Shown one piece after another: positions 1 to 8,241 of a DNA stretch of 8,241 bases. The DNA lies in contig NZ_JAEDAM010000042.1 in assembly GCF_018420025.1 (NCBI RefSeq), positions 1-8,241 of the forward strand, read 5' to 3'. The position numbers were made by a program, and so were the translations under genes. Within the stretch, counting starts at the first letter, position 1; each line of letters starts with the position of its first letter. Source of the DNA: Candidatus Vampirococcus lugosii. Its GTDB lineage: Bacteria; Patescibacteriota; Gracilibacteria; Absconditabacterales; Absconditicoccaceae. Below the pieces are notes generated by a model, which had not been told where the DNA came from, searched no databases, and saw only the letters and a list, made by a program, of their open reading frames with translations.

Positions 1-42
1 TGATATAAAAAAATATTATGATTTATTTAATAGATAAGTTTA

Positions 43-1005
43 ATGAAAAAGAAAATAGCTTTCCTCGCACCAGAAAATAAATGATGACCTTATTATATTT
101 ATAAAGATATGGTTGAAGTGTTAAAAGAAAAATACTGAAAAGAGCTTGATGTTTATTTTTTTAATTCAAAAAAAGATTGGTTAAAATTACATTTTGCAAG
201 ATATGATGTTTTATTTTCTGTAATTCCTTTTTTGTTTAAACCTTTGAGAATAAAAAAGTTTGTTTATAATTTACATGGAAATTTTGAGATAGAGAAAAAA
301 AATAAATCTTTATGAAATAAACTACTCTACCTAGCAAAAAGAAATTTAAAATTTGCAGATAATATAGCTCTTACAAGTTATTTCTTAGCTGATAAATTGA
401 TTTTTAGAAAACAATATGAAGATAAAATAATTATTATACCAAATTTTATAGATGAAAAAGAGTATAATTTTTGAGAGAAAAAATCTAAAGAAAATGTTTA
501 TAATATACTTACAATAACAAGTTTTAAATTTTATGATAAATGAAGATGAATACTCAAACTTTGAAATGTAATATCTAAACTTGGAGAAAAGGTAGATAAA
601 CAAATAAACTGGACTATAATTTGAAATGATGAAAATCTTGAAAATTTTCAAATAATTAAAAAAGAATTTGATAAGATAAGTTTTTGAAAAAACTTAAATA
701 TTAAGTGGCAGTGATGGTTAAGTAAGGAAAAAATAAAAAATGAATTGAAAAATAATGATTATTTCTTATATTGGAGTTATCTTGATACTTTTTGAATTGT
801 TATTCTTGAAGCTGTAGTAAGTAATATGAAAGTTTTAATAAATGATTATGAAGCTTTTGAATATATCTTTAATAAAGATATTATATGTGAAAATGAAAAT
901 GAAATGATAGAAAAAATAATAAATGATAATATAGAAAAAATAAATATTGATAATTATAAAAAAGAGCAAGTTTTAGATAAAATATTTAGTTTTATAATAA
1001 AATAA
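43..1005 (+). CDS. Glycosyltransferase, GT-B fold, family 4-like (Glycos_transf_1 type)
   Basis: Table-25 ORF of 320 aa, from ATG 43 (first ATG after in-frame TAG 31-33) to TAA 1003-1005. It has 12 in-frame TGA and no in-frame TAA or TAG. Translation begins MKKKIAFLAPENKGGPYYIYKDMVEVL. The N-terminal Gly loop 'ENKGGP' has both G encoded by TGA (82-87). The C-terminal donor-binding motif 'SYLDTFGIVILEAVVSNMKVLIND' (starting at 781) is typical of GT4 enzymes. A standard-code reading breaks this into fragments. Confidence 0.8.
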
Positions 1006-1008
1006 AAA

Positions 1009-2199
1009 ATGAAAGAAATATATATAAATGGTTCTTGAGTTCCTTACAGTTCATTACATCCTATTTTAAAAAATTTTTATAAAAAATTAGAAAAAAATAA
1101 TAATATATCTTATATAAATTTCTTAAAAGAAAATAAAAACACTAAACATATACCAAAAAATTTTGATAAAAAATGAATACAATCCTTTATTACAAAAATA
1201 AAGTGAAAAATTAATAGTTTACATCCTAGAATTTACATTATAAAAAACAAATATAATCAAGATATCATAACAGCAAACAATTTTTTATTAACCAAAAATA
1301 ATTACTATATTGTAACATCAGGGCTTATACAATTTAGCTGATTTAAATATAAATCATTATACAACAAAGTTTTTAAAATATTTTTCAAAAAACACTTATT
1401 ATCATCAAAATTAAAAAATATATTTGTATATTCACAAACAGCAATTGATGAATTTAAAAAATATTTTAAAGAAGAATTAAAATTAAATAAAGGTGAATAT
1501 AAAAAAGCAGTAAATAAATTAGTATTATATTACCCAGAATTAGTAAATATGAATAAAGTAGATGAAAATGATATAAAAAAAAGAATAAACAAATCTGAGA
1601 AAATTAAATTTTTATTTATATGAAGAAACTTTGTATGAAAATGATGAAAAGAGCTTATAGAAGCTTTAGAAATTATATCAAAAGATGAAACTATAGATAA
1701 AAATAGTTTTGAAATATCAATTATAACTGAATTCTCTGATAATTATAAAAAAGAATTAGAAAAATTAACAAATATAAATATAAATACTTACTGAATAGAC
1801 TTTACACAAGAAGAACTGGAAGAAAGATTTTATAAAACTCATCATGTTTTATTGCACTTAACAAGAGCCGATATATTTGGGATGGTATCACTTGAAAGTA
1901 AAAAAAGTTGACTTGCTGTAATTACAACAAAACAATATGTAAACTATCCTGAGTTGTTCAAAGAAAATGAAGCACTGTTTGTAGGTATAGATGAGAAATA
2001 TAATTGGAATGATTGATTGCCTAAAATAGACTATCTTGATGCATGGTATCAAAACACTAATTTTATTTATGAAAATCAGATATGTAGCAGTATAAAGGAG
2101 ATACTAACTAATAAATCAAAACTATTAGAATTATCATTAAATAATTTACAATCTTTAGAAAGATTTGAAAATAAGATAAATTTAGATAAATATTTATAA
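1009..2199 (+). CDS. Glycosyltransferase, GT-B fold, family 4/1-like
   Basis: Table-25 ORF of 396 aa, from ATG 1009 (3 nt after the upstream TAA) to TAA 2197-2199, with 11 in-frame TGA. Motifs are 'KFLFIGRNFVGKGGKELIEALEII' (TGA-encoded G at 1621, 1636, 1642 and 1645) and 'LTRADIFGMVSLESKKSGLAVITT' (1861-1920), which is the GT4 E-x7-E-like region. The track ORF 2017..2199 is only the part downstream of the last TGA. Confidence 0.8.
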
Positions 2200-2202
2200 A
2201 AA

Positions 2203-3615
2203 ATGAACTTCAAACAACTAAATAACAACTTCTTTAAGCTAGAAAATAAGCTTGATTTATTTAATAAACAAATAGATTGAGTTTATTTTTGGGAACTTGT
2301 AAGATTTTCTATAAACAGGGAAATTCTTATTAAAAAATGACTTATAACAATTCCTCATAAATGAGTTGATAATAAAATTATTTATATATTGAAAAATATA
2401 TTAAATTTAAGTTATAAAATTATTTTTAAAAATCCTTATTTTTCAGAAAAAGAAAGTATTTTTATAATATGACATCCAAGAAGACCATTGATTGATTGAT
2501 ATTATACAGATATTTATACTAAATACTTAAAAAAATGACTATCAAAAAATAATATAGATTATCAAGATTTTGAAAACTTTACTCAAGAATATATAAAAAG
2601 TAAAGATATAGAATCAAAAAATATATTGCAACTTGATTATTTTAGTATTTTTTCATTATTATTTAAAAATAGATTCAAATTTAATAAAAAAGATGAAAAA
2701 TATGTAAAAGATTTAGAATTAAAAATAAATAATGAGTTTTGAGTAAATATAGATATTTATAACAAAGTAAAAAATGAAATAGCTTCCTTTAATATTTTTT
2801 ATAAACATATATATAAATTTTTAAAAAGAAAAAGACCAAAAATTATATTTGAAGTAGTAAGTTATTGATTAATAGTAAGAGCCCTAAACAAAGCATCAAA
2901 AGAACTAAATATCCCAACTATAGAACTTCAACATGGAGTTATAGATAAATATCATCTTGGTTATTCTATGTGAGATCAAAAAAATATAAAATTAAATTAT
3001 TTTCCAGATTATATATTTACTTGGTGAGATTATTGGAATAGTGTTTGTAATTATCCAGAAAATACCAAACTTATATCTACTTGATTTCCATATTTTGAGC
3101 TAAATAAATCAAAGTATAATATAAATAAACAACAAGAAAAAAATATAATAGTTATATCTCAATGAGCTATATGAGAAGATTTATCAAAGCAAGTGTATGA
3201 AGTAGCAAAAGAACTTAAAGATTATACTTTTTATTATAAACTACATCCCTGAGAATTCCATAAAATAGACAATGAATTTTCTTTTTTAAAGGAACTTGAA
3301 AATATAAAGATAATTACTTGAGCAAAAACAGTTTATGATTTATTTGAAATATGTTCTATACAGATTTGAGCTTTTTCAACTGCTATTTATGAATGATTAT
3401 GATTTTGATTAAAAACTATTGTTTTTGATTTACCTTGAGTTGAATATCTTGATGATTTAGTTGAAAAAGATATTGTTAAAAAAATAGATAATCCTAGTGA
3501 TTGTATAGACATTATAAAAAATAAATATTTTTGAAAATCTAATGATTTTGAAAGTGAAAGTTTTTTTAAGTCAAAAGCTATTGATAATATGCTTGAAAAT
3601 ATAAAAAAGATATAA
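2203..3615 (+). CDS. Putative polysaccharide-biosynthesis transferase with an 'HP motif'. It resembles capsule-synthesis, sialyl- or Kdo-transferase GT-B proteins. Specificity is unknown.
   Basis: Table-25 ORF of 470 aa, from ATG 2203 to TAA 3613-3615, with 21 in-frame TGA and no TAA or TAG. Features are 'IPTIELQHGVI', 'NIIVISQGAIGEDLSK' (about 3145-3190), 'YYKLHPGEF' (KLHPGE at 3238-3255) and 'IQIGAFSTAIYEGLGFGLKTIVFD'. This layout is a Q/acidic segment, then K-x-H-P, then S-T-x-x-x-E-G. It recalls the nucleotide-sugar-binding half of bacterial sialyltransferases, KpsC/KpsS-type (PF05159) enzymes and TagF-like enzymes. Confidence that this is a real CDS is high. Confidence in the function is low. 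Confidence 0.7.
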
Positions 3616-3646
3616 AAAATTTTAAATATTAAATTAATTAATAATT

Positions 3647-4744
<1,098 letters not shown>

Positions 4745-4769
4745 TTATTTTACAATTTAATATAATGTT

Positions 4770-5942
4770 ATGACTATTAGACTTATAAAATCAAGTTTCT
4801 TTAATGAAAGAAAAACAAAAGAAAAACTTTGTAATTTTATAATGGACAGTGAAAAACTTAGTATATGAAATTATTGTGCTCAATTTGAAAAAAAATATGC
4901 TAATTGGCAAGAAAGAAAATATTGTATATCCTTTAATAGTTGAAGTTCTGCAAATTTAGCTTTAATACAAGCTATGATAAATATGTGAAAACTTAAAAAA
5001 TGAGATAAAGTTTGATTTTCTTCTTTATCTTGGGCTACAAATGTTATGCCAATTATTCAATTATGACTAGATGCAAGTCCAGTTGATGTAGAGTTAGATA
5101 CTTTAAATATTTCATTAAATACTTTTAAAAAATCAGTAGAGGAAAATAATATAAAATGTTTATTTATTACAAATTTATTATGATTTTGTGATAATATTGA
5201 TGAAATTGAAAAATATTGTAATGAAAATAATATATTATTATTGGAAGATAATTGTGAGTCAATGTGAACTGTTTACAAATGAAAAAAACTTTGAAATTAT
5301 TCTTTAGCTTCTACATTTTCAACTTTTGTATGACATCATATGTCAACTATAGAATGATGAATGGTGTGTACAGATAATAGAGATTTGTATATTATGCTTA
5401 ATATGGTAAGAGCACATGGATGGGATAGAAATTTATCACCCGATATACAATCAGAATTAAGAGAAAAATATAATATTGACAAAGCATTTTATTCAAAATA
5501 TACATTTTATACCTTAGGCTATAATTTAAGACCCAATGAAATTACTTGATTTTTAGGTTGTGAGCAAGTTCAATATTTAGATAAAATAGTAGAAAAAAGA
5601 GTTGATAATTTTAAAAAATTTGTAAATGCTGTAAACTCAAATGAAGATTTTTATAATCTAAAATACACACATATAGAAAAATTGTCAAATTTTGCGGTTC
5701 CAGTAATTTGTAAATCAAAAGAAATCTTAGAAAGATATATTGATATTTTTACAAAAAATGGAATAGAAATCAGACCAATTGTATGATGAGACCTTACACA
5801 ACAATTATTTTGGAAAAACATTTATGGTGAAAATAATAGTCATACAAATGCAAAACTTATACATGAACAATGATTTTATTTTGGAAATAGTCCTGAATAT
5901 ACTAAAGAAGAAATAAATTTAATTATTGAATCACTTAAATAA
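4770..5942 (+). CDS. colD: GDP-4-keto-6-deoxy-D-mannose 3-dehydratase (ColD-type). It belongs to the PLP/PMP-dependent DegT/DnrJ/EryC1 fold.
   Basis: Table-25 ORF of 390 aa, from ATG 4770 to TAA 5940-5942, with 17 in-frame TGA. Motifs shared with ColD as I recall it are 'SFNSGSSANLALI', 'LKKGDKV..SSLSWATNV', 'LLLEDNCESMG', 'RAHGWDRNL', 'LGYNLRPNEITG' and 'GIEIRPIVGG'. The segment that carries the Schiff-base Lys in aminotransferases reads 'STFVGHHMSTIEGGMV' (GHH..EGG at 5331-5360). It has His-His and no Lys, which is the signature of the ColD/E1 3-dehydratases. The size fits ColD (about 390 aa) rather than the larger Fe-S E1/DdhC. The track ORF 5361..5549 is an internal fragment. Confidence 0.87.
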
Positions 5943-5943
5943 A

Positions 5944-6867
5944 ATGAATAAAAACTCAAAAATCTATATAGCCTGACATACTTGACTTGTATGATGAGCT
6001 ATAGTAAAAAAATTAAAAGAACTTGGTTACAATAATCTTATTCTTAAAACAAGACAAGAATTAGATTTACTTAATCAAAAAGCTGTTTATGATTTTTACA
6101 AAAAAGAAAAACCTGAATTTGTTATAAATTCAGCTGCAAAAGTATGATGAATAAAAGTAAATATGAATTATCCGGCTAACTTTTTGTTTGAAAATCTTCA
6201 AATGCAAAACAATATTATCTGGTGAGCTCATTTATATGATGTAAAAAAACTACTATTTTTAGGTTCAAGTTGTATTTATCCAAGGTGATGTCCTCAACCT
6301 ATGAAAGAAGGATATTTTCTTGATTGAAAGGTTGAACCTACAAATGAATGATATGCACTTGCAAAAATAACTTGAATAAAACTTTGTGAAAAAATAAATG
6401 AGCAATTTTGAAAAAATTTCATTTCTTGTATGCCAACAAATATTTATTGACCTTGAGATAATTTTGATCCTGAAACTTCTCATGTAATACCATGACTTAT
6501 AAGAAGAATACATGAAGCAAAAGAAAATAATATAAATGAAGTTATAGTTTGGGGAACATGAAAAAGCAGAAGAGAGTTTTTATATGTAGATGACTTAGCA
6601 GAAGCTTGTATTTGGATGTTGGAAAACTATAATAAGAAAGAGTTTTTAAATATTTGAACATGAGATGATATAAGTATAAAAGAACTTGCTTATGTTATAA
6701 AAAATTTAGTTTGATATAACTGAAATTTAAAATTTGATGCTACAAAACCTGACTGAATGCCTAAGAAACTTCTTGATGTAAGTAAAATAAATAATCTATG
6801 ATGGAAATATAAAACTAATTTTATTAATTGATTAGAAAAGACCTATAAATGATTTAAAAAATTATAA
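5944..6867 (+). CDS. fcl: GDP-L-fucose synthase family epimerase/reductase (Fcl/WcaG). In this context it is probably a GDP-L-colitose synthase (ColC).
   Basis: Table-25 ORF of 307 aa, from ATG 5944 (1 nt after the colD stop) to TAA 6865-6867, with 24 in-frame TGA. Translation begins MNKNSKIYIAGHTGLVGGAIVKKLKELGY. It continues through SAAKVGGI..N..YPA.F, LLFLGSSCIYPR, EPTNEGYALAKITGIKLCE, MPTNIYGPGDNF, TSHVIPGLIRRIHEA, VWGTGKSRREFLYVDDLAEA, NIGTGDDISIKELA, GYNG...FD..KPDGMPKKLLDVSK and LGW. This is colinear with E. coli Fcl from memory, including the catalytic Cys (SSCIYP), Tyr/Lys (YALAK) and His (SHVIP). Confidence 0.92.
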
Positions 6868-6909
6868 AATGTTATTTCTATATTTATATATACTAAAACT
6901 AAATCTAAT

Positions 6910-8079
6910 ATGAGTAAAAAATTAAAATTATTTTATATCGTTGCATTTGAAGAGCAAACATACAATTTTGAAAATAAAATTGAAAATATTTTAAATTTAA
7001 TGCAAAATGGTAAAAAGCAACATATTACAACATTAGAAAATCACTTTTTAATGTTGAGTAAACATTTTAATATATATAATTTTTATAAATATAAAGATAA
7101 TATTGAGAAGGAAAACTCTATTATATATCATCTTCCAAACTGAAGAGATGATGAAAAATGAGTAGAAGAAGAACTTTTAAAATATAAGGGAAAAGTGCCA
7201 ATAGTAATGAGAAGTTATGATGCTCATTCTCCTAACAAAGCAAGTATTGATTATATGGAAAAATATCATGATTTAATTATTACATATTTAAAAAAACATG
7301 TAAATAATAATAATATATTTTTTGGACATATGTGTTATGATAATCATATAATGCACACATATCAACAAAACAAAAGTAAAAAACTTGCATGTATGATTTT
7401 AAGAAATAGAGAAGAAAGTTCTTATAATAAAGATTATAGTTTGTTTATAGAAAAATGAATAGATCTATTAAAAAATTATAAGGAAAGAAAAAAAATAACC
7501 AAATATACTGATATACATATTTACTGAACTTGATGGTCTATCAAAACAAAAAATTATTACTGACCAATAAATCCATTTGATAAAAAATATCATGTATTAT
7601 GAAATTATAAATTTAATTTTGTATTAGAAAATGTTATAACTAAAACACATATATCTGAAAAAACATTAGACTCATTTCTTTCTTTTTCTGTTCCTGTTTA
7701 TTTATGAGCACCAGATATAAATAAACATATACCCAAAGAAACTTTTATAAATATAAATGATTTTCAGGATTATGATGATTTGTTAAATTTTTTAAAAAAT
7801 ATGACTATAGAAGAATACAATAAATATATAAATTCTATTGAAAAAAATCGTAATATAATATTTAAACAATTTTCAACAGAAGAAAATTTTTCTAAGATCG
7901 TTTATAATTGGTATAATAATAAATATAAAACAAATTTTTGATTATCCAATGATGAATATAAAGAAATAGAACAATCTATATGAAATTTAAAATTTAAAAG
8001 TAGTTCTGTAATTTTATCTAATCTATATAGATATTTATATTTATTTAAATTATATTTATTAGAATATATAAGAAAATAA
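6910..8079 (+). CDS. GT10-family (alpha-1,3/4-fucosyltransferase-like) glycosyltransferase. It is a candidate fucosyl- or colitosyltransferase.
   Basis: Table-25 ORF of 389 aa, from ATG 6910 to TAA 8077-8079, with 10 in-frame TGA. It joins track ORFs 6910..7143 and 7195..7458, which share a frame, and extends a further 620 nt. The diagnostic GT10 block is 'YKFNFVLENVITKTHISEKTLDSFLSFSVPVYLGAPDINKHIPKETFININDFQDYDDLLNFLKNM' (7606 to about 7800). This matches the H. pylori FucT region 'KFNLCFEN....YVTEKIIDAYFSHTIPIYWGSPSVAKDFNPKSFVNVHDFNNFDEAIDYIKYL' as I recall it. The C-terminus is aromatic and hydrophobic and basic: 'VILSNLYRYLYLFKLYLLEYIRK'. Confidence 0.82.
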
Positions 8080-8100
8080 ACTTTAAATTTTATTAAAAAA

Positions 8101-8133
8101 GATACAAAATTAATTTTGCATCTTTTTTCTTTT
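8101..8133. terminator. Weak AT-rich hairpin with a T-tract. It is a possible rho-independent, possibly bidirectional terminator between convergent genes.
   Basis: GATACAAAA (8101-8109), loop TTAA, then TTTTGCATC (8114-8122) form a 9-bp stem with one A/C mismatch. The stem is followed by TTTTTTCTTTT (8123-8133) and preceded by AAAAAA (8095-8100). It lies 22 nt after the operon's last stop codon. The stem has only two G:C pairs, so predicted stability is low. Confidence 0.4.
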
Positions 8134-8241
8134 GAAAATATTTTTAATTACTTTTATCTCTTCTTTATCAAAAAAGTTCATAAAATATAAGCTTACTATT
8201 GATAGTAATGCAAGCAAAGTTTTATATAATATAATATTAAC
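8110..8241 (-). CDS. 3' end of a convergent gene (partial, runs off the window). The C-terminal tail is hydrophobic and then basic. Function is unknown.
   Basis: The minus strand reads ...VNIILYKTLLALLSIVSLYFMNFFDKEEIKVIKNIFKRKKMQN, then TAA (complement of 8110-8112). That is 43 sense codons open to the window edge, in DNA where TAA and TAG are frequent by chance. The hydrophobic stretch suggests a membrane segment. The fragment is short and has no recognisable motif. Confidence 0.35.
   Translation of the reverse strand, partial: VNIILYKTLLALLSIVSLYFMNFFDKEEIKVIKNIFKRKKMQN

Noticed and set aside
1-37. Possible 3' end of an upstream gene
   Set aside because: Two frames are open from the window edge: frame 1 to TAA 28-30 and frame 2 to TAA 35-37. 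Each spans only 9-11 codons, so neither frame nor identity can be supported. The 5-nt gap from 37 to the ATG at 43 would fit the operon's tight spacing, but that is not evidence enough for a feature.
385-651. Track ORF on the minus strand, 88 aa (MKIFKIFIISNYSPVYLF...)
   Set aside because: It is low-complexity, rich in Ile, Phe, Lys and Tyr, and has no motif. It lies entirely antisense to a much longer table-25 glycosyltransferase ORF (43..1005) that carries recognisable GT4 motifs. It is a typical shadow ORF in AT-rich DNA.
3616-3646. AT palindromes (for example AATTAATT) in the gene 3/gmd spacer as an operator or regulatory site
   Set aside because: They are short, pure A/T self-complementary strings that recur by chance throughout this composition. 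I found no repeated or conserved copy elsewhere in the window.
4749-4766. Promoter-like hexamers TTTACA (4749-4754) and TATAAT (4761-4766) upstream of colD
   Set aside because: The spacer is only 6 nt rather than about 17. The TATAAT ends 3 nt before the ATG, so a transcript started from it would miss the start codon. Such hexamers are expected by chance at this A+T content.
4765-4788. Mini-ORF ATG TTA TGA CTA TTA GAC TTA TAA overlapping the colD start, as a possible leader peptide
   Set aside because: It has seven codons and no supporting features. The ATG at 4770 gives an N-terminus consistent with the DegT-fold family. It is most likely coincidental.
4770-5942. Calling the DegT-fold gene a GDP-perosamine synthase or generic sugar aminotransferase
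   Set aside because: The Lys-bearing motif is replaced by GHHMSTIEGG, and the flanking blocks (LLEDNCESMG, RAHGW.RNL, GYN.RP.E) match ColD as I recall it. An aminotransferase is still the formal alternative until a proper alignment is run.
6265-6513. Track ORF on the minus strand, 82 aa (MYSSYKSWYYMRSF...)
   Set aside because: It is antisense to the core of the Fcl/ColC-family gene, whose + strand translation aligns residue by residue with E. coli Fcl. It is a shadow ORF.

Overview
The window is very AT-rich (about a quarter G+C by eye). The standard-code ORF track finds only six short ORFs, but the window is densely coding if TGA is read as glycine. This is NCBI translation table 25, the Candidate Division SR1 (Absconditabacteria) and Gracilibacteria code. 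Under that code, seven complete co-directional + strand genes fill 43..8079 with gaps of 1-42 nt, and all end in TAA. By hand count they contain about 111 in-frame TGA codons. In the two enzymes I can align from memory, Gmd and Fcl, these TGAs fall on invariant glycines such as the Rossmann motif GxxGxxG, while TGG still marks conserved tryptophans. The locus is a glycan-biosynthesis operon: two GT4-type glycosyltransferases, an unassigned 'HP-motif' GT-B-like transferase, gmd, a ColD-type 3-dehydratase, an Fcl/ColC-family epimerase-reductase and a GT10-type fucosyltransferase-like enzyme. The gmd, colD and fcl/colC genes together predict synthesis of GDP-L-colitose (3,6-dideoxy-L-galactose), and possibly GDP-L-fucose. 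The GT10 enzyme is the obvious candidate transferase for that sugar. A weak, possibly bidirectional hairpin terminator follows at 8101..8133. A convergent minus-strand ORF runs off the right edge. I saw no rRNA, tRNA, CRISPR array or mobile element. All translations were done by hand, and family calls rest on remembered motifs and alignments, not database searches.
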